Virus record (IMG/VR): IMGVR_UViG_3300026766_000001
Location: 1 to 64,000 of that record
Source: a virus
Lineage: Duplodnaviria > Caudoviricetes
Length of the DNA stretch: 64,000 nt
Strand: one strand, 5' to 3'
A program made the translations under genes and the position numbers. The notes under the pieces are model-generated. The model had not been told where the DNA came from. It saw only the letters and a program-made list of their open reading frames with translations, and did no database searches. Positions 36,153 to 44,928 of this stretch are shown in pieces. Position 1 is the stretch's first letter, and each line of letters starts with the position of its first letter.

Positions 36153-36428
36153 ATGGGCAACGTGGAGACCGACGAAAGCGTGGTGGTCGAATTGAGCGGG
36201 AATCCGCCTGCGGCTCCCATGAGCGAGTTGAACGAGGCCGAGGCGGCGGAGCTCGCAATGTTCATAGCCGCCCTCAACGGGGAGGCGCCCGTCGTCGACC
36301 TCTCCGGGCTCGAGGCGCCAGTGCGCAAGGCGGAGTTCGCCCGCGTTTGCGACCGCGGAATCGCCGCCAAGGACGCCGGCGCGCCGTATGCCCTGGTCGA
36401 ATTCCTGCTCGCGAGGTCGACGTCATGA
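36153..36428 (+). CDS. Hypothetical protein
   Basis: First gene of the rightward accessory operon. Confidence 0.55.
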   Translation: MGNVETDESVVVELSGNPPAAPMSELNEAEAAELAMFIAALNGEAPVVDLSGLEAPVRKAEFARVCDRGIAAKDAGAPYALVEFLLARSTS

Positions 36429-36637
36429 CCGACCTCCCGCCCGACGCCTGGGACCGCGAGGTCAAGAAGAAGGAGCGACCGAAGGGCAAGGTCGCCTTCT
36501 CCCGCCGCGCGCCGCTCTATCGCCGGCTTCGGCCCGGGATCGTGGAATGCACCCACTGCCGCGAGGTTATGTCCGACGATGAGAGCAAGGCCCATACAAA
36601 GATCTGTCCGGTGATGCACTCGGAGCCCCGCCGCTGA
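36425..36637 (+). CDS. Small zinc-finger protein
   Basis: CTHC...H...C. Confidence 0.55.
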   Translation: MTDLPPDAWDREVKKKERPKGKVAFSRRAPLYRRLRPGIVECTHCREVMSDDESKAHTKICPVMHSEPRR

Positions 36638-37160
36638 TGACCGACTGGCCGGATTGCGATTGCGAGGGCAGAGAGGGCGACTTCGTCTCGCCGAACCCGG
36701 ACGACCACGGGGCAGACTGCTCGCGGGGGCTGTTCCTGCGCGCACGCAACGAGGCGATCGCGAGCGAGGACGCGGAGGCATTCGAGCGGGCCGTGGGCGC
36801 CCAGAGATTCGCTGAGGCGGCGAATGCCGCATACCACGCCACGGGCGACAAGCTGTCCGCCCTGGCCTACCTCGCCGCGCACTGCGGCGCCGACTTCGAG
36901 CGCCACGGCGCACGGGCCGCAGTCGACGGTCTCCCGCAGAAACCCGTCCCGCCGGCCGTGACCCTCGCTGGTCCCGACGCCGTCCGAGAATGGACGCAAG
37001 GCTACGAGTCGGTCGCGAACGAGCCGTCCGCGCCGGCCTTGACCAGCGCTTCCCCGACAACAACGTGCAGGCGCGCGAGAAAGGGATGATCCTGAATGCG
37101 GGCCTACCTCGATGCTCTCCGCCACGCCTTACAAGCGAGGACGACGATGTGCCCTTCTAG
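36637..37160 (+). CDS. CxC-H-C protein, probably frameshifted, reconstructed end EDDDVPF
   Basis: CDC...HGADC at the N-terminus; the adjacent frame from ~37038 reads LDQRFPDNN...SEDDDVPF stop 37160. Confidence 0.5.
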
Positions 37161-37173
37161 GGAGACAAGGTAA

Positions 37174-37491
37174 GTGGCCCGTCTCGAGTTTGCCAAGCGG
37201 GCCGCCCTCTCCGAGGTGCTGAGAACGGCGAGGGAGCGTCTCCAGTGGAGCCAGACCGACGCGGCTCTGCGCGCGGTGGAGGCCCTGCGCGAGGCCGCCA
37301 AGGACGGCCACATGAGCCCGGCGGACCGTCGCTTGTGCCAGAACCTTGTCGTTACACGCCATCACGTCCAGCAGTTGGAGAATTGCCCGGCCGAGCCGCT
37401 CAAGGGCGAGAGCAGGATTCGCCTCATGGGACTGCAGCTCGCGCTCGGCCTCACCAGCGCGCAGGTCAACCGTCTGGCAGGAGGGATCTGA
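37174..37491 (+). CDS. XRE/Cro-type HTH regulator
   Basis: LRTARERLQWSQTDAA...VTRHHVQQLEN...L..ALGL. Confidence 0.7.
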   Translation: MARLEFAKRAALSEVLRTARERLQWSQTDAALRAVEALREAAKDGHMSPADRRLCQNLVVTRHHVQQLENCPAEPLKGESRIRLMGLQLALGLTSAQVNRLAGGI

Positions 37492-37850
37492 TGCTGCGCC
37501 GGGATCGCAGGGGCCGCCTCCGCGTCTACCTCGGCCGATCCCTCGTCTCGATTCCGGGCTGGCGCCGGGTGCGCGTCACGATCCGCAGAAACAGGCGCTG
37601 GGTACGTGCTTACGCCTGGGTCCACCCCGCGTGCAATAGCGGCGGGTGGCAGTGGGTTGGCCGATACCTTGAGTGGGAGCGCACCGGCAAGCGCCCGCCC
37701 ACCAACACCCATATGCACCACCGTGATGGGGACAGGGCCAACGACGAAGCGAAAAACTTCGAGCCTCTCCCGTCGGTTGCGCACGGTAGATTGCACGCCT
37801 CTGCGGCCCGACGAGACGCCCAAGGACGGTTCGCCGCTGCTGCCAAATGA
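37491..37850 (+). CDS. HNH endonuclease
   Basis: HMHHRDGDRANDEAKNFE.L...AH..LH. Confidence 0.75.
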   Translation: MLRRDRRGRLRVYLGRSLVSIPGWRRVRVTIRRNRRWVRAYAWVHPACNSGGWQWVGRYLEWERTGKRPPTNTHMHHRDGDRANDEAKNFEPLPSVAHGRLHASAARRDAQGRFAAAAK

Positions 37851-37870
37851 TTGCCGAATAGAAGGAGACC

Positions 37871-37990
37871 ATGAAGAAGAAACCGTTTGGAGGCAAGAAG
37901 GCCGCGCCGTTCAAGAAGGGCGGAGGGCGCGCTACCTCTCACCCGAAGACCGCTAAAGGCACGGCGCGGAAGAAGCGATCCACTAAGTGA
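37871..37990 (+). CDS. 39-aa basic peptide (absent from ORF track)
   Basis: AGGAG RBS; MKKKPFGGKKAAPFKKGGGRATSHPKTAKGTARKKRSTK. Confidence 0.65.
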   Translation: MKKKPFGGKKAAPFKKGGGRATSHPKTAKGTARKKRSTK

Positions 37991-38017
37991 GGGGGGCCTT
38001 GCTGAGGTGGCCCTGGA

Positions 38018-38557
38018 ATGCATGAGATTCGCTTCAACGCCCATCTTTGGCCGCACGTTCACGAGCTCTACCGGTCGGGGGCTGGCTCGCCGCGGCATTA
38101 CTTCGAGGTCAGAGTTTTCCCGTCCCGTACCACGCAAGCTGCGGCTTACCGACGACTCGTCGCGCGCACTATCAAAACCCGTCATGGCGCTGAAGCTGGC
38201 GACGAGGGGCGAGCTAGCGGTATCTTCGTTCACCCTCGCCAAACGGCCGCGGTGGTCAGCACGTGGTCAGGAAGGGGCGGCACCTTGTCCAATCGCTTCG
38301 CGGTGGCCCTCTTCGCTCGCCGACTGCTTACGATGGAGTGCGTCTCGCACGAGGCCGTCCACGTCACGACCTCTCTTCTTCGCGGCCTTGCGCACGCCAA
38401 GGCAAGCGGCGAACGGAAGCTTAACCCCTTCGTGAACCTGGGCCGGTCCCCCGGCGGCGACAATGAGGAGCGCTTCGCCTACCTCGTCTCGGCGGCCGTA
38501 GTCGCGATGCTCGAAGGCTTCTGGTCTGTGGGCATCCGGAAAATCAAGAGAACATGA
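38018..38557 (+). CDS. HExxH metallopeptidase-like protein
   Basis: VSHEAVH followed by a downstream EERFAY glutamate. Confidence 0.6.
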   Translation: MHEIRFNAHLWPHVHELYRSGAGSPRHYFEVRVFPSRTTQAAAYRRLVARTIKTRHGAEAGDEGRASGIFVHPRQTAAVVSTWSGRGGTLSNRFAVALFARRLLTMECVSHEAVHVTTSLLRGLAHAKASGERKLNPFVNLGRSPGGDNEERFAYLVSAAVVAMLEGFWSVGIRKIKRT

Positions 38558-38714
38558 AGACGACGATCCGCGATCCGCAAGTCTTCCTCGACGGCACGGA
38601 CGTGAGCGCCTCGGTGACCTCGCTGTCTTTTGAGGTTGAGCGCCCGCCGCTTCCCCGTGCCTCCGCGCTCTCCCCCCTTTCCTTCGCGTCACCGATCGTT
38701 CGGGCGAGGATCTT

Positions 38715-39085
38715 GCTGCCACTCAAGCGCCTCGCCGACGCGACATCGCGCGGGCCTTGCGCAGCTACGCCTACACCTTCTCGACCGAGGACGAGCTGCA
38801 GGGCGGAGTGGCGGACGTCCTCCGCCGCGAGGGTTTCGATTTCCGGCGCGAGCGCGCGGTGGACGCGAAATCTCGCCCGGATTTCTTCCACGCTGAGTCC
38901 GGCATTGGCATTGAAATCAAAGATCGCCGGCAGCCCCGCCGCAATTGCACGCCAAGTGCACAGATACCTTGCCAATCCGACCGTCAACGCTGTAATATTT
39001 GGTCTCCAGTCGCGGCGACCACGGGCGTTATGTCTTGGCGTCGGAGAATCGCTTCGCGTTGGTCAACGTGAGTAAGGGGATCTAA
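38715..39085 (+). pseudogene. PD-(D/E)xK nuclease with two single-base frameshifts (start uncertain)
   Basis: EDELQ.GVA..L...G..F.RE......RPDF.....IGIEIK; removing one A (38919-21) and one T (38998-39000) gives IAGSPAAIARQVHRY...VILVSSR...stop 39085. Confidence 0.7.
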
Positions 39086-39700
39086 TTGAAAGTCGGCACC
39101 AAAAGCCTGCTTTTCGGAGTGCACCAGTTCCTTCTGCATCCCATCTTCGTCGCGCTCGCGTGGCGCAAGTTTTACGGCGAGTGGCCAACGAAACCTCACC
39201 CCGACTACTGGCGGCGAAGTCGCGGAGAGCGATCCCCTCAGTGGCCGGTCTGGCTCGCCTTCCTCGTGCACGATTGGGGATATTGGGGCTGCGCCACGAT
39301 AGACGGGGAGGACGGGAAACAGCATCCGCTCGTTGGAGCGCAGATTCTGGGGAGACTCTACGGGGAACAGTGGGGCAGATTCTGCAAATACCACTCGCGG
39401 AGCTTGGCCCGCCTCGACAAGGTGAACCCGTCCGATCTTTGCGCGCCGGATAAGCTGGCGATCCTGTTCTACCCACGATGGCTGTATCTGCTCTTGGCGC
39501 GAGCCTCCGGGGAGCTTCTGGAGTACATGCGGAACTCGGATTCACCAGCCGGCCGCAGCGTAGGCATCGACACTTCGACGCCCGAGGCGTGGTTCGATTC
39601 GACTCGGGCTTACATGCTTCGCGTGGTGGAGAAACTGCGACGGGGAGCTGACGCGGGAGTGCCACCGGAGATGATGCGCTCGGAGGCGCAGGTGCCGTGA
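39086..39700 (+). CDS. HD-domain-like phage protein
   Basis: GTKSLLFG.HQF..HP..VA.AW...HDWGY...DG..G..HP...C.YHSR...DKL. Confidence 0.7.
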   Translation: MKVGTKSLLFGVHQFLLHPIFVALAWRKFYGEWPTKPHPDYWRRSRGERSPQWPVWLAFLVHDWGYWGCATIDGEDGKQHPLVGAQILGRLYGEQWGRFCKYHSRSLARLDKVNPSDLCAPDKLAILFYPRWLYLLLARASGELLEYMRNSDSPAGRSVGIDTSTPEAWFDSTRAYMLRVVEKLRRGADAGVPPEMMRSEAQVP

Positions 39701-42483
39701 CTCAGACCTACGGTACTGCCACCCTCAAGGGCGCCACCTGGCACGTGGAAGCGCAGCCTCACGTCGCCATGCTGCTCAAACGCTGGTTCAAAAAGGGCGA
39801 CAAGGGTAACCCTGGCAAGCTGAAGCTCTCGAATACGCTGGAGACTTGCCGGGATCTCGAATGGTTTAGCGAGCGGTATCCGCTGCAATTCGAGCCCGAG
39901 GCCGCTCTGCGCGATGGCGCCGCTCGTCACCGCTCCATCGTCGAGCGCATCGCCGAGTACAGCTCTCCAGATTTTCACCCACGCGCCCATGCGGAGCTGA
40001 GGATTCAGCCGCGCACCTATCAGTCGCGCAGCGCGGAAATCTGTCGCGCTGCCGGTAGTTTACTATGTGCTGACGAGTTGGGTTTGGGCAAGCAGCAGCC
40101 CGTCGACTCCAAAGTGCTTACTCCGTCTGGCTATCGACCCATCGGCGATCTGATGGTGGGTGACTACGTCATCGGTTCCTCCGGCAAGCCGGTCATAGTC
40201 ACGGGTGTCTACCCTCAGGGCCTCCAAGTCAACTACCGCGTGACCTTCAGCGACGAGTCTTCAGTGGAAGCTGGACTCGATCACATTTGGGCCGCAGATT
40301 ATCTCCGCGGTGGGCGTTCTTGGGCTCGTTTGACCTTCACGACTCGTCAGCTAATGGAGGATACCCCGCTTCGCCATGTCCGTGCATCTGGCCAAGTTTC
40401 CTGGATGACCCTGAGCAAGACGAATCTCTATTTGCCGATGCTTTCCGGTCCTGTGGAATTCTCCGCACCACCATTGCCTCTCCCAGTCCCCCCGTACACC
40501 CTCGGGGCATTGATCGCTAATGGCTCGATGGCGCACACCAACGTCGCTCTCACGGTGGGCACGAAAGATTGGCAACATGTTAGGTCGATGCTGCTCATCG
40601 ACGGCCTATCCCTCGGAGCGTGCCATGCTTACGGTGGGGCCACGCGTTGTGGCGTTATCGGCTTACGACCGATGATCCGCGCCCTTGGTCTTAGCGTTTT
40701 GAGCAAGGTTAAGCGCATTCCACGCCAATACATGCTCGCGTCGATCACGGAACGCAAGGCTCTGCTTTGCGGACTCATGGACGGCGATGGCTCGATCAGC
40801 CCGGAGCGGAACCGGATCTCCTATCACACCACGAGCGAAGTCCTCGCTGAAGATGTCCGCGAGTTAGTCGAAGGGCTCGGAGGGGTCGCCTCCATTCGTT
40901 GCTACGACCGAAAGGCGGAAGACAAAGGTCTGGAGTTTCAGGTAAGAGTGCGGGTCCCGCCGTGGATACAGCCGTTCACGCTGCCGCGAAAACTGGAACG
41001 GTATCAGCCGAAGTTGAGGACGCACCCTGTGCGGACCTTTAAATCGGTGGTGTATTCAAGGGCGGCGGAGTCGGTGTGTATCGCAGTGGATGCTCCTGAT
41101 CAACTCTACGTCACCGAGCACGCAATTCTGACGCACAACACATGCACAGGTATCACCTTGATCGCCGACCCCGCCTGCCGGCCGGCCGTCGTGGTGCCAC
41201 CCGTTCATCTACAACGGCAATGGGCAGCCGAGTGTATCAAGTTCGCGCCGGGGCTCGTGGTGCACATCATCAAGTCGACGAAGCTCTACCAGCTGCCGAC
41301 GTTTTTCGGAAACATCCCGGACGTCGTCATCTGCCCCTACTCCAAGCTGGCGGCATGGGCGCAGGTCCTCGCGCAGCACGCGAAGTCCGTGATCTTCGAC
41401 GAATGCCAGGAACTACGACGCAGCGGCACACCAGCGAGTCCCTCACAGAAGTACAACGCGGCAACGCTCTTGGCGCACGCTGCGCAGTGGAAGCTCGGCT
41501 TGTCGGCGACGCCAGTTTTTAACTATGGCAGCGAAATCCATAACGTTTACGAGGTCCTCGCGCGCGGCCGTTTGGGCGAGCACGAGGAATTCGTCCGCGA
41601 GTGGTGTAAGCCCTGGAAGACGAGCGGTGGGCAGCACGCGCTACGCGATCCTCGCGCCTTCGGCTCCTACCTTCGGGAGGTGGGCCTGATGGTGCGCCAC
41701 ACCAGGCGAGAGGTGGGTCGCGAGCTGCCGCCTGTGATCTCCACCGTTCACACCGTGGATGCGGACGAGGAGCGCCTGGCCCAACTCGAAGGGGACGCCG
41801 CGGCGTTGGCGCGAACCATTCTTCGCGACGTCGAGTACACGCGCGGCGAGAAGATGAACGCCAGCGAGGAACTTTCCGTGAAGCTCAGGCAGGCGATCGG
41901 CATCGCGAAGGCCCCTTACGTGGTGGACTTCGTTCGGCTGCTGGTGGAGTCCGGGGAGCAAGTGTTGTTGGCCGGCTGGCACCGCGAGGTCTACGGGATC
42001 TGGGCGGAGCGTTTCAAGCAGTTCGATATTCCCGTGTGTTGGTACACCGGCAGCGAGAGCCCGAACCAGAAGGAGGAGAGTAAGCGTCGCTTCGTCGCCG
42101 GCGAGGACAAGGTGATGATGATCAGTCTCCGGTCTGGCGCGGGGCTGGACGGCCTGCAGGAGCGCTGCAACGTAGTGGTGATCGGCGAGCTCGACTGGAG
42201 CCCGGCCGTCCACGAGCAGCTCATCGGCAGGCTCCATCGCGACGGCCAACAGGAGCCGGTCCTCGCCTACTTCTTGGTTGCCGATACCGGCGCGGACCCG
42301 ATCATGTGCAAGGTCCTCGGCCTGAAAAAGGCGCAAGTGCAGGGAATTCGAGAACCGCACGCTCCGCTGGCGACTCCTCTCTCCAGTGACGGCGCTGATC
42401 GCATGAAATCGCTGGCCGCTGACTATCTACGGCGGCGGGGACTCGGGCCTGCGACCCCAGGCCAGGCGGACGCCAATGCCTAA
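39697..42483 (+). CDS. SNF2-family helicase interrupted by an intein
   Basis: ADELGLGK-[intein]-T, VIFDECQ, LSATPV.N, ISLRSGAGLDG, Q.IGRL.RDGQ. Confidence 0.9.
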   Translation: MTQTYGTATLKGATWHVEAQPHVAMLLKRWFKKGDKGNPGKLKLSNTLETCRDLEWFSERYPLQFEPEAALRDGAARHRSIVERIAEYSSPDFHPRAHAELRIQPRTYQSRSAEICRAAGSLLCADELGLGKQQPVDSKVLTPSGYRPIGDLMVGDYVIGSSGKPVIVTGVYPQGLQVNYRVTFSDESSVEAGLDHIWAADYLRGGRSWARLTFTTRQLMEDTPLRHVRASGQVSWMTLSKTNLYLPMLSGPVEFSAPPLPLPVPPYTLGALIANGSMAHTNVALTVGTKDWQHVRSMLLIDGLSLGACHAYGGATRCGVIGLRPMIRALGLSVLSKVKRIPRQYMLASITERKALLCGLMDGDGSISPERNRISYHTTSEVLAEDVRELVEGLGGVASIRCYDRKAEDKGLEFQVRVRVPPWIQPFTLPRKLERYQPKLRTHPVRTFKSVVYSRAAESVCIAVDAPDQLYVTEHAILTHNTCTGITLIADPACRPAVVVPPVHLQRQWAAECIKFAPGLVVHIIKSTKLYQLPTFFGNIPDVVICPYSKLAAWAQVLAQHAKSVIFDECQELRRSGTPASPSQKYNAATLLAHAAQWKLGLSATPVFNYGSEIHNVYEVLARGRLGEHEEFVREWCKPWKTSGGQHALRDPRAFGSYLREVGLMVRHTRREVGRELPPVISTVHTVDADEERLAQLEGDAAALARTILRDVEYTRGEKMNASEELSVKLRQAIGIAKAPYVVDFVRLLVESGEQVLLAGWHREVYGIWAERFKQFDIPVCWYTGSESPNQKEESKRRFVAGEDKVMMISLRSGAGLDGLQERCNVVVIGELDWSPAVHEQLIGRLHRDGQQEPVLAYFLVADTGADPIMCKVLGLKKAQVQGIREPHAPLATPLSSDGADRMKSLAADYLRRRGLGPATPGQADANA
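40093..41139 (+). mobile_element. Intein (349 aa) with LAGLIDADG homing endonuclease, class-3-like
   Basis: Starts QQPVDSKVLTP, ends ILTHN before Thr+1; block B DHIW, block F SVCIAV, block G THN; PYTLGALIANG and LCGLMDGDG. Confidence 0.9.
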
Positions 42484-42703
42484 TTCCTTCCGCTGCCCGT
42501 CCTGCGGGAGTTTTACCAGGGTTGTCAATTCCAGGCCGAACCACCGCGGCGTTTACCGTCGCCGCGAATGTCAGCGCGGCTGCCGATTCACCACCCAGGA
42601 GGCACTCGTCGGGAGCGACATCCTTGGTCACCTAGAACAAAACCTTCTCCGCAAGATCCGAGCCCTATTGGTCGAATTCGATCAGGAGAACAGAGGTCAG
42701 TGA
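42476..42703 (+). CDS. NrdR-like N-terminal zinc-ribbon protein
   Basis: CPSCG...RV..SR.....YRRREC..GCRFTT.E. Confidence 0.75.
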   Translation: MPNSFRCPSCGSFTRVVNSRPNHRGVYRRRECQRGCRFTTQEALVGSDILGHLEQNLLRKIRALLVEFDQENRGQ

Positions 42704-43062
42704 TCATCGCGATCACCGGCGGACGCGACCACGCACCGGAGCATGCCGAGGTGCTCTCTTTCTGGCGCTTTTGGAGGGAGCTCGGAGGAACCGAGCTTCG
42801 CCACGGCGCGGCTCGCGGAGTTGACTCCGTCATCGGCTCGCTGGCCAAGGGCGCAGGGGTCTACGTTCGGCCGTTTCCGGTAGACGAATCTATCGACGGT
42901 CCCTGGCCGGCCGCTGGTTATCGCCGGAACTGGCGAGCTGGCGCCAGGAGAATCCTGTGTGAGTTTGCCGGGCGCCGCCTCGCGGCGAATAACCGCAACA
43001 GCCTTAACGGTACGACATCTGTGCCGAGTCACCCAACAAGCCCAAATAGAAAGGACGATCCT
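42700..43062 (+). pseudogene. Truncated SLOG/YspA-like (DUF2493-type) gene
   Basis: IAITGGRD...LRHGAARGVD...FP.....G.WPAAGYRRN, then similarity is lost; reads in frame into the next gene. Confidence 0.6.
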
Positions 43063-43491
43063 ATGACTAAGCTCGAGTTGGCCCTAATGCTCAACGGCCG
43101 AGAGATGGGCGAGGAGATCTCCGACGACGAGGAAGCTCTCGCCAAGGCGTCCAACCTCGTTGTCGTGTTCGGAGCCTCCGACGATCTAACGGAACTGCGG
43201 GGCGCCGTCAACGACGAAGTCAGCTGCATTTACGGCGGCTCGTTCCTGATCGATGGCAAGGGCTTGCTTCCCGACGAACGCGACGAGGACTGGAGCGACG
43301 ACGAGATGCTCGAGTACCTCACCAGGAAGCGCCACGCGGCTAAGGTCGAAGCTCTTTGGTGCGCTCCGGGATCTGAATGCTCGTGGTCCTTCAAGACGGA
43401 TCTCGACGTCTGCACTTTCGAGATCATGGAGAGTGACGAGCTGTACTGCCGCGGAATCGTCTTCGAGCTGCCGCCTCTGCGCCCGGAGTGA
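43063..43491 (+). CDS. Conserved phage hypothetical protein
   Basis: AAAGGA RBS; LNGRE...EIS...AK...LVVVFGASDDL.E.RGA..DEV...FEI.E..E.YCRGIVF. Confidence 0.7.
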   Translation: MTKLELALMLNGREMGEEISDDEEALAKASNLVVVFGASDDLTELRGAVNDEVSCIYGGSFLIDGKGLLPDERDEDWSDDEMLEYLTRKRHAAKVEALWCAPGSECSWSFKTDLDVCTFEIMESDELYCRGIVFELPPLRPE

Positions 43492-44282
43492 CAACCGTGC
43501 GCCTTCTCCTGGTCGACGGCACCAACGTCGTGGTCCGCTACGCCTACGCGATGCTGGGCGAGCGACAGGAGGATCCGAGCGATGCCGAGGCCGCCTCCGT
43601 GGTCCGCGGCGCGGAACGCGCCATCCGCCATTGCGCCACCTGGGTCCGCTGCCGTCACGCCGCGATCGCCCTGGACTCCAGCGCGGAGACCTGGCGCCGC
43701 GGCATCTCCCCCGGGTACAAGGCCAACCGCCTGGGCGTTACGCGACCGTGGTCCGAGCGCCTGCGCGCCGCCCTCGAGGCGGGTGGGTGGAGGTGTCTGC
43801 AGGTCGACTCCTTCGAAGCGGACGACATCATCGCGACGCTGGCCGCCCGCGGCTCGGAGCGGGGGCACCAGCCGGTGGTGCTGAGCTCCGACTCCGACCT
43901 GCTCCAGCTCGCCGGCGAGTTCGCCGAGGTCTGGCAGTTCGGCCGCAGGGAGGACGAGCCGCGCTTCGTGCAGCGGACTCCCGAGTGGGTGGAGGCCAAG
44001 TACGGCTTGGCGGCCGTAGGCCAGCTGGAGCTCTACAAGGCCCTGGTGGGCGAGCCGGGCGAGAACCTGCCCGGGGTGAGGGGAATTGGCCCCAAGAAGG
44101 CGGCTGCGCTCCTGCGGGGCTGCAGGACGGCGCAGGAGCTGCTGGCCTGCCAGGTCCTGGGCATTGAGGCCAAGGCCCAGCTCGCGACGATGCTGGCCCT
44201 CACCTCGCTGCGCTACGACGTCCCCTTGCCGATGCTGCAGCCAGCCGAGTGCGAGGTCCCGCGGGGCACCTGGCGGCCTTGA
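43488..44282 (+). CDS. 5'-3' exonuclease/flap endonuclease (PolI N-terminal type)
   Basis: LLVDG, YKANR, FEADDIIATLA, SSDSDLLQL, ALVGEPGENLPGVRGIGPKKA. Confidence 0.9.
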   Translation: MTTVRLLLVDGTNVVVRYAYAMLGERQEDPSDAEAASVVRGAERAIRHCATWVRCRHAAIALDSSAETWRRGISPGYKANRLGVTRPWSERLRAALEAGGWRCLQVDSFEADDIIATLAARGSERGHQPVVLSSDSDLLQLAGEFAEVWQFGRREDEPRFVQRTPEWVEAKYGLAAVGQLELYKALVGEPGENLPGVRGIGPKKAAALLRGCRTAQELLACQVLGIEAKAQLATMLALTSLRYDVPLPMLQPAECEVPRGTWRP

Positions 44283-44361
44283 CGGGATAGGGGCATAATG
44301 TCGCACGCGGGACAAATTGCCGCAACTCAGCAGGGAAGCCTTAGTGGGACATTTCGTCCAG

Positions 44362-44389
44362 TTGACAGGCCGGGGGGTCACCGTAAAAT
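44362..44389 (+). promoter_or_regulatory. Sigma70-type promoter
   Basis: TTGACA-16nt-TAAAAT. Confidence 0.7.
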
Positions 44390-44443
44390 GGAAGCGGCCG
44401 GGGCGACTTTAGACGAGGCTGCCCCGGCCGCAAAGGAAACGAG

Positions 44444-44548
44444 ATGCCCCGATCATACATGATCGCCACACCTCAGTCCGAACAGAACAGCCTCGTCGTC
44501 GTGTCCGCCCGGGACGTGAACCACCGGGGGCGGAGCGCCCCGTTGTGA
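44444..44548 (+). CDS. 34-aa ORF behind an 11-bp hairpin
   Basis: AAAGGA RBS; MPRSYMIATPQSEQNSLVVVSARDVNHRGRSAPL. Confidence 0.35.
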   Translation: MPRSYMIATPQSEQNSLVVVSARDVNHRGRSAPL

Positions 44549-44577
44549 TCCCCGGGGCACCGAGGGGCGGTCACAGC

Positions 44578-44928
44578 TCAGTCTCCAAGATCGATAGCGC
44601 CGTAGAACTCCTCGGACTCTCGTTTCCACGCAGCGGACCGCGGTTGCGGAAGCACGCTTTCTGGAACCTGTTTCACCCGCGCTTCCGCAATGCCGAACGT
44701 CAGGCAGCAGGAGGGTTCGTTGTTGGGGGTGAGCCAACGGACCTCGTAACGCCAGCCCATGCCGCCGTCGTGCCAGCTTTCGACGGCCTCAATGTGGCCA
44801 ACGCCTTCGCCTTCGACATGGACGCGGTCACCAACGCGGTGCAGGCTCGGACGAGGAGAAAACGCGCGGAACCACAGGCGTTTTGCAGCCCATACGCAAG
44901 GTGCGAGCCGGCGGCGCAGGTCAATCAT
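44578..44928 (-). CDS. Hypothetical protein with SH3-like beta pattern
   Basis: HRVGDRVHVEGEGVGHIEAV...WRYEVRW. Confidence 0.55.
   Translation of the reverse strand: MIDLRRRLAPCVWAAKRLWFRAFSPRPSLHRVGDRVHVEGEGVGHIEAVESWHDGGMGWRYEVRWLTPNNEPSCCLTFGIAEARVKQVPESVLPQPRSAAWKRESEEFYGAIDLGD

Noticed and set aside
44279-44299. Promoter TTGACG...CATAAT
   Set aside because: Spacer is far too short for a sigma70 promoter
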